NCBI GenBank assembly: GCA_963707955.1
Contig: OY970176.1
Location: 2,080,001-2,144,000 of the forward strand
Reading direction: 5' to 3'
Source: Candidatus Bathyarchaeota archaeon
GTDB lineage: Archaea; Thermoproteota; Bathyarchaeia; Bathyarchaeales; Bathycorpusculaceae
DNA: 64,000 nucleotides
Shown here: in pieces, positions 32,646 to 44,560 of the stretch
How positions within the stretch are numbered: position 1 is the stretch's first letter
How the letters are laid out: each line of letters begins with the position of its first letter
Notes under the pieces: generated by a model
Told to the model about the DNA's origin: nothing
The model's input: only the letters and a program-made list of their open reading frames with translations
Database searches by the model: none
Translations under genes and position numbers: made by a program

Positions 32646-33075
32646 CCCCGTTTTAGCACGGGACGGAGGAGGATATTCGAGTGTTTAGCCGATGAGAACA
32701 CAACTAGCCCCCTGCACCGAAGAAGCAACCGCTCTTCGCAGCTGCCTTTGCATTGAGCAGTCCTATGGAAAGTTGAGAAAACCGAGTATATAATATAGAA
32801 TCGGTTGCCTTGGTTTCCATAGGACAGTCTATGCAGGCCGAGAGACGGTTAACCTGCCCTAACAGCATCAACAAATCCAACAGTATCTTTTCTACTGTTA
32901 TGAATGCCTCTAGTAGAAGTTCCCTGAGTTGTGGCAGTTACGGACAAGTTGTTGGAGTTGTTGGAAGTGTTGGATGTTAGCCCTTCTGCAGCCCCAAAGA
33001 AGCCATTTTTGGAAGGCTTTCGCCCAGAACCCAGCGCGCGCTAATAGAGAAATGTTATAAGCCAATCGGTGAAGA

Positions 33076-33681
33076 TTGTCGCGTGGGATGTGTCATTTGA
33101 GGCCCAACTATTTAGGTATAATCGGAGGCATATTGGCTTTCATCAGCCTGGTGTTACCTTGGTGGGCTGTGAGCATTTCGAGTTCAGCCATGGGAAATAT
33201 TTTTTCTGATGAGGCGACTTTGTATCTATACCAAGCGAAGGTATCAATACTTGGAACATCAACGGCTGCTTCTAATCCTTGGTATGCTTCGACTGCTCTG
33301 GCATTTCTTGTCCTAAGCGGCTTGCTGGGTTTGACAGGCAGTGTTATTGCCAACGGTAGAAGGATAGTACTTGCACTTGGTGGGATACTTGCCTTGTTTT
33401 CTATTATTGTATTCGCTGCAGGATTGCAAAGCGATATTTCAAACGGGGCGGTGGGGGGTTACCCAACAGGAGCAAGTTTGTTCTCCAGCGGTTCCTACAG
33501 CCTCTTTGGAACAATCATTAATTATTCGGCATACTTGTCTTTCGGCTTCTGGCTGGCCTTGGTTGCCGCAATCTTAATGTTTGCCGCGCTAACGAGAAAA
33601 CCCGCTGAGGCAATACCACCTCCCCAACCTTCCCCTCCGCCACCAAGCGCGCGCTGTGGAAGTGTTTCTGTGATACTCTAA
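33076..33681 (+). CDS. Four-TM membrane protein with Pro-rich tail
   Basis: Four hydrophobic segments, LPWW motif, GFWLALVA. Confidence 0.75.
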   Translation: MSRGMCHLRPNYLGIIGGILAFISLVLPWWAVSISSSAMGNIFSDEATLYLYQAKVSILGTSTAASNPWYASTALAFLVLSGLLGLTGSVIANGRRIVLALGGILALFSIIVFAAGLQSDISNGAVGGYPTGASLFSSGSYSLFGTIINYSAYLSFGFWLALVAAILMFAALTRKPAEAIPPPQPSPPPPSARCGSVSVIL

Positions 33682-33743
33682 GGGGCATGGCAAAAAGCTG
33701 GTGCCTCTTCCGAAATGACAGACTTCGCGCGTGATCCTTTAGA

Positions 33744-34037
33744 TTAAGTAGGCGCTGTTGTGACGTCGTAGTCTTCGTCCACGATTGGCAGAGCTTGTTT
33801 GAGTTCTCTGAAATATTCGAGCACCGTTATGCCTCTTTGAGTTATTGAGTAGGCCGCTCTTTGTCTCCCTACGTTCCGCTTTTCAACTAGGTTCTGCTTC
33901 ATTAGAAAGTCTAAATACCCCTTCAACACGCAGCAGTTAACGTTGGTCTCATACACTATGTGCGTCAGCTTCAGCTGACCACTGCAGGACAGAACCTTAA
34001 GAATGTCCAAATACATCTCAAGCTTTGATCTTCTCAA
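33744..34037 (-). CDS. Archaeal winged-helix regulator (HTH_45 type)
   Basis: MRRSKLEMYLDILKVL...THIVYETNVN...YSITQRG. Confidence 0.85.
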   Translation of the reverse strand: MRRSKLEMYLDILKVLSCSGQLKLTHIVYETNVNCCVLKGYLDFLMKQNLVEKRNVGRQRAAYSITQRGITVLEYFRELKQALPIVDEDYDVTTAPT

Positions 34038-34758
34038 ACACTTGCCCTCTTTCCCTCATACCTTGCCATCCGGACTATAAGCATCTTACGTATCAAAAAT
34101 ACATCTCTACATTCAAGCTTGACAATCCCAAAGCAAAAAGCAACGTTAAGAAGAATCCCATGGCGCGCGCTTCCCAGTGTCATAATTGCCATAAACCCGA
34201 CTAGAGGATTCTTCTAGAACTATCTTCCATAAGCAATATGTGGCCATTAAACAAAGTCTTCAGTGAAAGGAGAAGGGAGAAAACAAAAGTAAGGAGAGGG
34301 AAGAAGCCAAGGGGAGAAAGGAGGAAGAATTTCATGCCCCTTCCCTCAACCTTATACATTGCCGTATACAGCTTTTTGCTTAAGTCTTTGTCGCTCAATT
34401 CTTCTTGTTCCTGTCGTTTCTCCTATCCAGAACTTTCTTTCAAAACTGACAAGTACGAGTTGCGCTGGCGGCGCGAGCCATAACATTGCTCCTTCGCCGA
34501 GCCATGTTAATGAGTCGGCCTTCCCGAGCTTTCCAGTCTAGGCTGCCGAGCTTGCCTTTCTAAGTTGTCAGCATGGGAGCCGCTGGAGAACCGATGGGGG
34601 GGTAGGCTAGTGGTGGTCCCAGAGCTGGGCATTTCTGGGCAGGATTCGGCCAAAGGGCGCGCGCCTTGTAACAAAGGAAATGGGCATCCTTTTTCGCTGG
34701 ATAACGAATATATAACGATGTTGACTCTAGGATTGCTTGAAGAGATCGGTGCTCAGCG

Positions 34759-35049
34759 TTGAAAGTCAAGGTTGAATACCTCGGACACATCAAAAACATG
34801 ACCGGCGACAAGAGACAGGAAGAGATTGAGATGAGAAACGACTCGTCAATCGCCGACCTGCTTGCGTTGCTGTCGAGAAAATATGGTGAGCCCTTCAAGA
34901 AAGCTGTCTACGAATCTGGCGGTGCAGACGTGAAATCAAACTTCATGGCCACTGTGAACGGGTACCTGCTCAACCAGCTGAAGGGTGTTGAAACGAAACT
35001 CAAAAACGGGGATCACGTTATCTTGATGCCTGTGGTCAGCGGCGGCTGA
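34759..35049 (+). CDS. MoaD/ThiS-family ubiquitin-like protein (SAMP-like)
   Basis: Beta-grasp pattern with C-terminal PVVSGG. Confidence 0.9.
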   Translation: MKVKVEYLGHIKNMTGDKRQEEIEMRNDSSIADLLALLSRKYGEPFKKAVYESGGADVKSNFMATVNGYLLNQLKGVETKLKNGDHVILMPVVSGG

Positions 35050-35112
35050 GAAGAGCAAAGCATTTTAGCCAAGAACCCGTAGTAAGAGATTCTTTCATAG
35101 TGGTGAACACCG

Positions 35113-36186
35113 TTGAAGAGAATCGATGCTCTTAAGGAACTAGCCTTTGAAAAGAAAGATTTTGACGCATTTCTTGTCGCAAGCGAGTCTAACCTGTTTT
35201 ATTTAACAGGAACCCCAGGTGCAGCATGCCTTCTGATTCCGAAGAAAGGGGAAAACACGATCTACGTGTACGGCGTCAACTTCGAGCAGACAAAAGCAGA
35301 AGCAAAAGGGTTCAAGGTTGAACTTCTCAAACGAGGAGAAAAACTCGGTGAGAAAATCGGCCCAGGTCTCAAGGCGCTGAATGTCAAGAAACTCGCGTCA
35401 GACCCGCTCAACTACGAACTCCACCGTCTCCTAGCAAGAGCCATTCGTGGACACGCAAAACTGAAAATGCAAGGAGACCTCATAAGCGGACTGCGTAAAG
35501 TAAAGGGCAAAGAGGAACTCGACCGCATGCGAAAGGCTGGAGAAATAACAGTGGCAGGCATGAAAGCCGCTTACGAAACAATAAGGCCTGACGTGACTGA
35601 GATCGAAGTCGCAGCCGAAATCGAGTACGCAATGCGGAAGAAAGGAGGCTACGGAACAGCGTTTGGCACGATCGTGGCTTCAGGCATTCGCTCTGCATAC
35701 CCTCACGGTGGCTGCGCTGAGAGAAAAATCCGCAAGGGCGACCTAGTAGTCGTTGACATCGGAGCGGTTTACGAGTATTACTGTTCCGACATGACAAGAA
35801 CTTTCGCCGCTGGCGAACCATCAGACAAGCAGAAGAAACTCTACGAGGTCGTGAAGACAGCCGAAAGAGAGGCTTATCAGGCAATAAGGGCCAAAGCACG
35901 AGGGAAAGACGTGGATCAAGCAGCCCGCAAGATAATAGAGGATGCAGGTTACGGCGAGTATTTCAATCACGGTTTAGGTCATGGAGTAGGGTTAGAAGTT
36001 CACGAAGGACCGGGTTTGTCTCCGATTAGCAAGGATAGACTAGCTGTTGGAAACGTAGTAACGGATGAACCAGGCATTTACATTCCGGGTTTCGGAGGCG
36101 TCCGAATCGAAGACAGCGTACTCGTGAAACAACGCGTGTCCGAAAAGTTCACTGATGGCTTCTACAGTCTGGAGACTGCAAGATAA
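35113..36186 (+). CDS. pepQ: Xaa-Pro aminopeptidase/prolidase (M24)
   Basis: VDIGA, SDMTRT, HGLGHGVGLEVHE, EPGIY and GVRIED motifs. Confidence 0.9.
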   Translation: MKRIDALKELAFEKKDFDAFLVASESNLFYLTGTPGAACLLIPKKGENTIYVYGVNFEQTKAEAKGFKVELLKRGEKLGEKIGPGLKALNVKKLASDPLNYELHRLLARAIRGHAKLKMQGDLISGLRKVKGKEELDRMRKAGEITVAGMKAAYETIRPDVTEIEVAAEIEYAMRKKGGYGTAFGTIVASGIRSAYPHGGCAERKIRKGDLVVVDIGAVYEYYCSDMTRTFAAGEPSDKQKKLYEVVKTAEREAYQAIRAKARGKDVDQAARKIIEDAGYGEYFNHGLGHGVGLEVHEGPGLSPISKDRLAVGNVVTDEPGIYIPGFGGVRIEDSVLVKQRVSEKFTDGFYSLETAR

Positions 36187-36194
36187 GTCTACCA

Positions 36195-37633
36195 GGTTCC
36201 GTTAACTCTTAGGGGGCCTAAAGAAGTTTGTTAACCAGGGAGGCTTTTTTTGCATTGTTCTCGTTACTTTCGCATTGAACAGAATTACGAATAGAAGATA
36301 TTCCTTTCTTCACCAGAACGACGGACATCCAACTTGAAAGTTGTCCCCGAACCCAGTCTCAAGATTTCAAGCCTACGCAGGCTTCCTGCCCCAAGCACTG
36401 AACATAGTAGCTCCAAGATAATCGAATGCCCGATCCTTGAGTAACCGCTGAACAGTGTCATGCTGCTCCTACGTAAGCAATCCTGCCGCAATCATCGGTT
36501 TTGCTCCCATTAAGAGCGTTGCTGCGTCAAACTGCGCCAATGAGTCGCCTCCTCGACAAGCAAAGGTCAATCCTTCTTGAGTCACATCGACAAGTCCAAG
36601 CTGTTCTATAAGACTGCGCACTCGACGTCCCAAATATGCATCAACCACTTTCCTCTTCCGCAGAAAATCGACACTATCTCTCCAAGTTTTAGTGAAAATG
36701 GCGACAGAAGGGTTCGTGATGTCTGTGGACAACATAGAGCCATAATCCCATTCCTCAGCCATCAGCCAACCACCTGGGCGCACTGCGTCAGCCATTCTTT
36801 TCAACGCTTTTTCAGGTTCAGGAAGTTGCATGAGTAAGGTGCGGCAGTAAACCAAGTCGAATTGTCCTGTCTCTAGATCCTCTTTTGTGATGTCGTGTTG
36901 ACGTATTTCGATGTTGGGAGCGCTTAGCAGTCGAAGGAATCTCGTGTTAATCTCGGTGGCCACGATTCTTCCTCCTGGGCCTATACGTCTTGAGAGCCAT
37001 TGTGCCACTGAACCTGTACCTGCACCGACTTCGAGGCATTTCCAGCCTTCGGAAACACCTATCATTTCAAGATGACGTTTTGTCGAAGGGTCAAAGATTC
37101 TCTCTAATATTCTGAGGCGATTAAGCTCTACTTCATCTTTCTCGTCGGTTGCGATGTACCGATGTTCACTCATCTTAACTCCTTCTTACGTTTATTTTGA
37201 CGTATTTATGAATTTAGTGTCTTTGAGCTATCACTTCAAAGGTACAGAGAATCGATCGGTTCCAAAAACTCTGCGAGCAAAATGAACACCAATCGGTCAA
37301 TGATGATTCTCCATCGAGGCTTTCTTGATTGGAGACAACCAATTCTCAGGCGTTGAGTTACCACCGATTTTGGCTTGTTACGCAGGATCTTTCCATTCAA
37401 TGCAATGTGAGGTCCACAGAGATGATCGAAAACGTACCTGGCACTAGAACAGCTTCCACTGCATACCAGAAAAAGAGACGAGGCGATGTGGCACTACCTA
37501 AGACGGAACAGACACAACTTGTTATCCGCTTTGACCCAACTCAAAAGTCATAACTGACTCTACTTGGTAAAAACCTATTTGGTTAACATGGACAAACATT
37601 TATCCATGCAAGACCCGAAGAGTTAACAGAACC
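36195..37633. mobile_element. Non-autonomous IS6-like element (1,439 bp) carrying a methyltransferase
   Basis: TIRs ggttccgttaactctt (36,195-36,210) and aagagttaacagaacc (37,618-37,633), 15/16 match; flanking 8-bp direct repeat gtctacca (36,187-36,194 and 37,634-37,641); no transposase. Confidence 0.85.
36373..37173 (-). pseudogene. Class I SAM-dependent methyltransferase with an in-frame TAG at 36,469-36,471
   Basis: LEVGAGTG, FDLVYCR, VRPGGWL; after the TAG the frame continues EQHDTVQRLL...MFSAWGRKPA*, a typical C-terminus for such enzymes. Confidence 0.75.
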
Positions 37634-37691
37634 GTCTACCATAAACTATTTTTCGTCCCTTTCCTTCAGATAGTTTCAGGAGCACGATTCT

Positions 37692-38249
37692 ATGGATAGA
37701 AAAGCCGTAATAGTTCTTGACATGCTCAACGACTTCGTCACTGGAGACTTAAAGTGCGAGAGAGCGTTGCACATAATCCCAAACTTGAAAAAACTTATCG
37801 TGGCTGCCCGCAACCACGGAGTGCCAATCATCTACAGCAACGATGCGCATCTTCCTCTGGACGAGGAGGTCGTTGCAAGGTGGGGAAAACACGCCATAAA
37901 GGGCACTGCGGGAGCAGAAGTGATTCCCGCGCTGAGACCGACTAGGAAGGATTATGTCGTCGAAAAGAGAACGTACAGCGGTTTCCATGAGACAGGCTTA
38001 GACATGCTGTTGAGAGGCTTGTACCATGGAGAAGGCGTCAGGACCGTGATCCTCACAGGCTTGCACACGAACATATGTGTCAGACACACGGCCGCGGACG
38101 CTTTCTTCAGAGGATACAAGATCACAGTGGCAGAAGACGGAGTCGAAGCCTTCACCCAAGAAGACTATGAACAAGGACTCAAATATTTGAAAGACATCTA
38201 CAACGCGAAGATAATGACAGTTGAGCAGATAATAAGAGAGTTCGGTTAG
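37692..38249 (+). CDS. Isochorismatase/nicotinamidase-family cysteine hydrolase
   Basis: VLDMLNDF, KRTYSGF, TGLHTNICVRHTA. Confidence 0.9.
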   Translation: MDRKAVIVLDMLNDFVTGDLKCERALHIIPNLKKLIVAARNHGVPIIYSNDAHLPLDEEVVARWGKHAIKGTAGAEVIPALRPTRKDYVVEKRTYSGFHETGLDMLLRGLYHGEGVRTVILTGLHTNICVRHTAADAFFRGYKITVAEDGVEAFTQEDYEQGLKYLKDIYNAKIMTVEQIIREFG

Positions 38250-38681
38250 GATTACGCGGCTGTTTTCCCAGCGTGGCCCACACGCGTTTTTTCGTGGAAA
38301 AGAAGAAATTCAAACAAGAAATCGGGCAAGCCATGAGCGAAAGGCACTTTTTTTTGTCTTTTTTGGTAATAGAATTCAAAAAACAGGAAAAAATTTAAAA
38401 GCAACATATGCATGAAATACGGGAAGTGAATGAGGGAAATGGAAGAATTAATTTCTGCTCCCTTCTCTCCTTTCTCCCTATCGAAGTGACAGACCATTTC
38501 CCTCATTTACACTTCTTTAGTACCATTCTGACCACTTATAGCTTATGGAACAATCTTCTAGTCGCACCAGAAATAATGAGACCCTGTTGACTCAAATGTT
38601 TCAGCTTGGGAATATGCCTTTTTAACTTAGCGCCCAAGATAATTCAGTGGCTCGCTCCGACAGTTTGGGTTGATGACATAC

Positions 38682-38801
38682 ATGGTCAGAAAGATCTTTT
38701 GCGATAGGTGTGGATGCGAATTAAAGCCCTGCGAACTCATTCAATTACTGGACCGGGATTTGTGCTCTATCTGCAGCAGAGAAGTTGTTAGAGCCAAGTG
38801 A
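38682..38801 (+). CDS. Small Zn-finger protein (39 aa, not in the ORF track)
   Basis: MVRKIFCDRCG...DLCSIC: paired CxxC motifs. Confidence 0.5.
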   Translation: MVRKIFCDRCGCELKPCELIQLLDRDLCSICSREVVRAK

Positions 38802-39050
38802 GGAATTTCTCCAGCGGCGCAAACACGTAGGAACAGTTTTGTTACACATCATGCAACCTGCTGGCGAGCCAAAACCAGTAATTCAACATTTTTCAAATTG
38901 CGATGTTACAGGAACAATCTGTTCGTGACAAACTCGCAGTAAGACATGTGCGTGCGCCCAATCATATGCGGCGGGATATGATGTATGTTTTATTTTTTGA
39001 CGCAAAATGTTATATGTTGAGTCAAATATAAAACACCGCGGGGAAACGCT

Positions 39051-42000
39051 GTGGCTTCTGTTAGGCATCAGCGTGGTAAGGTTTTTGGAATCGCGCTGTG
39101 CGTCGTGTTGGCTTTGTCGGTTTATCCTGGAATTGTGGGCGTGGTGAGTGAACTGTTTGGGACAGGCTTTATCGAATCGATGAGGCTGTCAAGCCAATCT
39201 GGCTCAAAGAGTGATGGTCGGTTTGCGATGGGCGACACCATCAACGTTTCAGCCGCGGTTACGCGTGGCAACTTCTACCAGTTGAACGTGTACGACAACA
39301 ACGACCGCTTGGTGTTCGAGGAGGACGGGACGGTGAAAGACTCCGACGTCAACGCCGTCGTGCCTATCCTCCCGCCGTCTTTCAACGCCAGCCGAACGTA
39401 TAGCTTGGTACTCGACGAGGGCGTCGTCAACACCCCTCTTCTCGGCGTGGGCGCCTACGACTCTTCCTCCACGGCCTTCACAGTCGTCCAGGGCCTGACG
39501 AACCTGAACCTAACGTCAGACTACAACGCGGTCACCCACGAGCTTCGAGCTGTGGCCCTCCTCACCACCAACGATTCCGTGCCCGTCGTAAACGAAACGG
39601 TAAGCCTCTACATGCAACCCGACTTGGACGTAGCCCTAACCAGCAGGGGATGGATCTGCTTAGGCCAGGTCTTGACGGACGCGAACGGTACAGCGCTGTT
39701 TGACGTTGCCGTGAACGCGAAAGGCGGCGATTACGGGCTACAAGCAAGGTTTGCCGGAGACAACAACTTCGAATCGTCCACTTCCCAGAACGCCACTCGG
39801 TTCGTCGAAGTCTCGCCAGTGCCGTTCCTACACATAGTGGGCGTCACGAAGGTCGAAAACGCAGTCACCACGCTCCTGCAAGTCACCGACAGCTACGGTT
39901 TTCCGCTCGGAGGAAGACTCATCTCGTACGAAGACTTGACGTCGGGCGGGCAACCCGTCTACGCCATCAGCAACGGTGCCGGCTACGCCACCGTAACCTT
40001 CAACGTCAACGCTTCCCTAAGCCTCGTCAACTCGAGACTCACAGTGCTGACAGACCCGTACACTTCGGAGCTTCGGGCCCTTGCAACGCTGAACCTGACG
40101 GGGTCAAACCCGTCTTTTGAAGCTGCATCTGGCACGAGCGCATCTGAAGGGCTGTTAATAGGCGCAGCAGCCGAAGCGCCCGCTGGCAACGCTTCCGGCG
40201 TGGACAATCCCACCTCTTCCGCGAGTGCGGACTTGAGCCAGACGGCCGTGAAATCTGCCGCCGCCCCCGCCGACACCGGTCTCCCCGACATTATCGTAAG
40301 CTTGAACGAGAACCCAGCAACGGCTGACCTGCCCGAAACATTCACCGTTAAGTTCTCCTCATACACATACCTCGGCACTGGCGTTTGGTTTAACTTTTAC
40401 GAGAATGATTCCAGTCACCTCGGGTCAGCCGGAGCCACCGAACACACCTACCGTTTTCACAACGATAATGGGGGATGGACTTTCATATACCAGTACACGG
40501 GGAGTCTCGTGTGGGAACCGGACTATTACGGAGGATGCTGGCTCTTCGTGAACGCCACGGACTCTAGTGGGCAGGATTTATTTGCTCAAGGTTCCAGCGA
40601 CTCGTTCAACATAAATCCTGCGCCCGTCAACCTGGTCGTTTATTATCCTGAAACGTTTTGCGGCGACACGTTGGACCTGTCTGTTGCCCTTTCCAGGTCG
40701 AGTGTTTACGAGCAGGATGATTCTGGCTTCTTCGTGTGCACCACGCTGGCGCCGAATGTCCAGTGGGCGGGCAACACGTACATGCTGGACTGCGGAGACA
40801 ACTCAACGCTGATTGACGTTTACGTGAACGGCTCCGAAACCAGCTTCGTTCCTAACCCTCAGGGTTTCTGCACGGTTCAGACTGATCTGGGTCCGTTGGG
40901 AAACGGCGGGTGTCTGAACGTGACCGCATTCGTCAACGGCAACAGCCGCTTCGAAGCGGTCACCGTGAACGACATTTTCAACTTCACAGAGACCAACGTT
41001 TCCGACGTGCCCTCCGCTGGCAGCGGCAACTTCGACCTGAACTATTCCCTCAGCGTCTCCAACGGTGCCGAGACAACCTACTATGACACGCAAAACTCTA
41101 TTAACGCCACCGCCTCCCTGTTTGACTCCCCAGTCTACAACGCTTCAGCCACGGTCACCACCGCCACACTCCTAAGCCGCTCAGCCACCAACAGCACCGG
41201 ATGGGTACAGATCCCCGCTGGCTGCAACTACCTCCGCGTACAGTCCGCCTGCCTCCTTCAACCCTACATGGCATCGCCACTAGCAGACGTTGATCATGAC
41301 GGATGGGTTAGCCCTCCTGGTGATAGACACGATGTAATGGAGCATGAGAACTCGACTATTGGCGATTTACTGTATGATTGGCGTTATGACCTCAACGGCG
41401 ACGGTGTGATAAACGATACTGACGTTGCCATAGTAAATGCAAGCGTTGGCCATTGTCTGGCGTATTTGGTTTCTGGGAATTCCACGGGTAACTATACTGC
41501 TAATTATGATTTTAGTGGTGTGGAAGTTGATTTTAACACGGGCCAGAACGCGTTTTTGGACAGTCTTGGCTTCGCAAGTGTTCCTGCTGGCGCCGAGTGG
41601 CTTAACATGTCGATTGGAGGCGTTGTAGAATTCTTTGCTGCTAATCCGGCTCAGAACGTTTCCACCGACAACGTCGGCGTTGCCAGCGTAGGTTGGTGCC
41701 CAGACACTGTGGGATTGGACGTTGTTCAGGCCAAACTGCCCTCAACGTTCAACGTGACTGTATCGAACTCGGCCTCTCTGCCTAATTACGCGGAGATGAA
41801 CGCTTCCTTGAACGTTGCCAACTACTTCTACGTGCTGAAGAGACCTGTGGACGTCACTGTCGACCTGCAGCCCAACGTCACCTATCCTATGAGCGAGTCT
41901 GGGAACTTCACTGCGAACGAATTAGACCAAGTTACGGGGCAACCAGTTCCAAATTTGCCCTTTAACCTGACAGTGACAAGCGTGAACGGTTGCGTTAATG

Positions 42001-43941
42001 AGTCGGGTTATCTGCATTTTGACGAGTCTGGAAACTATGACTCCCTCTGGGATTTCTGGGCAGGGGGAGGCGGTGTTTACAACGTTGTTTACAACGTGAC
42101 TGTTTCGTGGACAGAAGGGGAGTATAACGCGGGAGGTGTGTGTAGCAGTCTTTTCGATTTCAGGTGGCCCACGAACATCACGTCGCAAGATGGCAACGTG
42201 ACAAGCGCCGAAGCAAACGTTAACGAGACTCTCAGTTTTGATCTCATCAACAGCAACAGTTCTTCCGGGCTGTCGGGGGAGCTTGTCTTCTTCGATGTTA
42301 ACGGCAGTTCATACAACGACGGCACGTGCACGCCCTTCAACAGTGTCTATAACGGCACAACCTTGCAGAACGGAACCGTTTCGTTCACGTGGCCAGTGCC
42401 CAGCGGCAACGGGACGTACGCTGTGACTGCCGTGTTCAACGGTAACACCGACTATTGCCCCTGCCAAGCCTGCATGGCCGTCACCGTCAAAGCGGTGCCC
42501 CTGGCAGTCTTGTTCAGCGTCACGCCAGACGAGTTTGAGTCAGGAACCACCGTGCTGCTGAATGCCACCATCATAGACCCCTCCGCAGATGCGCTCTTCA
42601 CAAATCAAAACGTGAACGTCAACTTCACCAGCGTGTACTCTAACGGCACCATCTCGCTTCTCGGCACGAACTGCACCAACTTGACGGGCATGGCCTTTTG
42701 GAGCCTGAACTATACCTACAACAATGGGACCGCTTGTGCCTACAAGGCTGACATAGTCCCAGACTACGCGAACGGCAGCCTCCATCAAGGCATCGCCAGC
42801 AGCCCCGTCCAGCTGACTGTGGCCAACCCCACCGTGCTCCTATTGAACGTTTCCCGCAACAGCTGTTCCACAAACCACATCATAGAAGGCTGGCTGATGT
42901 GCAACGGCACTGGCGTCAAGGACGAAACCGTGACCACCACCGTTAACGGCCAATCTTTCCAGAACACGACAGACAAGAACGGCTACTTCAACTTGACCCT
43001 CAACCTCCAACCAGAATGCCCCAACGGGCAAACCGCCTCCCAGAACGTCACCTACACGATAACAGCCAGCTTCGCAGGCGACCAGCCCACCAACGCCACT
43101 GCCTACGACAACACGCTGGACGGAGAACAGTACCCAGCGTGCACAACCGTACAGTACGGCTACGAACCCAGCAGCAACACCACTATGCTAACCGTCACCC
43201 CACAGTCCACGCAGGCTATGACAGCGACAGAGACGCCTAAGCAGATGGAGCAACAAGCTGAAAGTAACGGGTCGTTGAAGGTGTGGGTGGGACCTGGCAG
43301 TGGATGGTTAACCTGGTTTAAGACACACGTCATGGTTCACGTTGACTGGCTTAACCTGACAATAAGCGCGTGGGTGGGCTTTCCACTGGGAGCCGGAGTA
43401 GACGAGTGCAACGGACTCGAGAACGCTTTCATCGACGCTTACGAGGGCGTTCCGGACAGTGCGATAAGTGTCACCCAGAGCGCAGTGATAAACGGTATAG
43501 CTACGGCAGCAGCGGCTCTCTGTGACAGGATGGGTGGCAACCATAGCCACCATGGGACCAGAAGATCCATTGTACTGGGTTGCTCTAGGAATCTATGTTG
43601 GTGCCATGTCGGCCTCCTTTGGATTGATTTATGCATTGGCGGACAGGTCTCTTTCGAGGTCGATTCTTCTGGGAGTGGGAGGCGCGTTAATAGGCTTCGT
43701 GATAGGCATATATAGCGGGAATTTCATAGCTAACTGGTGGATATCTGCCTCCTTGTCATTGTCCACTGGATCCACGCTTCAGATCGCGGCTGCCAAAGCA
43801 ACCGTTAACTATTTCGGTTCCTTTGGCATCAAGCAGGTGGCCTATGTGCTAGGAGTCGCGTCTTGGTTCGACGTTGCATTCACCATCGCCACCGGAGCGC
43901 TCGGCGCAGTGGCATTTGGTATGGGTGAGTCAGAGGGCTAG
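39051..43941 (+). CDS. Giant secreted Ig-like repeat protein with an internal dockerin and a hydrophobic C-terminal tip; frameshift at ~43,520
   Basis: Signal/anchor helix; beta-rich repeats; dockerin ADVDHDGWV...YDLNGDGVINDTD; the 43,522-43,941 frame continues the protein after a CT repeat. Confidence 0.8.
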
Positions 43942-43948
43942 CCGGATT

Positions 43949-44428
43949 ATGGACAGGAATCGTGGTGGAGGGCCTCCGCAAATCTACGGAATCATCTTCA
44001 TAATATTCGTTACAGTCATCAGTCTCTTGGGATCATGGCTTTCGCTGGTTGTGGTGAGGGATCTTGGGTTGAAAGAAGAGAAGGCCTTCCTTGCGTTTGC
44101 GTGGCGCGTGGTTTTCTTTAGTTTTCTATTCATCTTTTTCCCGATGTCGGTTGCCATAGAAATCATGTTTAGTCGATGGAAAAAGAGAAAGTTGCGTGTG
44201 CATAGCGTTCTCGCAGTCGCTCTATTGCTGTTCGTATACATGCTTGTCCTGTCTCTAATTGGGTTCATTTTTGAAGAAGTGTTTCCTAGTCTTTATTTCA
44301 CCAATGAACCTTTTCTCGGCCTGACTGGACTGGTGCTGGGCTTTATGGTGATGCTCCCCCTGTTGATCGTTGTGTTTACAGCTAGAGCCCGAAAAATCCA
44401 TGCTTACATTAGAAAAGCCTTCGAGTAA
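43949..44428 (+). CDS. Four-TM membrane protein (candidate immunity protein 1)
   Basis: ATG 7 nt after the tip stop codon; four hydrophobic helices with basic loops. Confidence 0.7.
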   Translation: MDRNRGGGPPQIYGIIFIIFVTVISLLGSWLSLVVVRDLGLKEEKAFLAFAWRVVFFSFLFIFFPMSVAIEIMFSRWKKRKLRVHSVLAVALLLFVYMLVLSLIGFIFEEVFPSLYFTNEPFLGLTGLVLGFMVMLPLLIVVFTARARKIHAYIRKAFE

Positions 44429-44560
44429 GAGGCATTATATAGCCGACGTAATTAGCTCGCACGGTTTCCTCATATCAGATCCACACGCCCTCTATTTACT
44501 ACGTGTGCGGGAAGAGAAGCGCGCGCTACAGAGAAAAGGGGATAGTACAAATTCACCCCA

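Noticed and set aside
33700-33716. tggtgcctcttccg as a tRNA 3'-end att fragment
   Set aside because: Too short and no T-loop; could be chance
34201-34483. Short ORFs over a purine-rich tract
   Set aside because: Low-complexity overlapping frames with no motif support
34440-34680. GC-rich intergenic stretch as RNase P or SRP RNA
   Set aside because: I could not find the RNase P P4 or SRP helix-8 consensus on either strand; an Infernal search is needed
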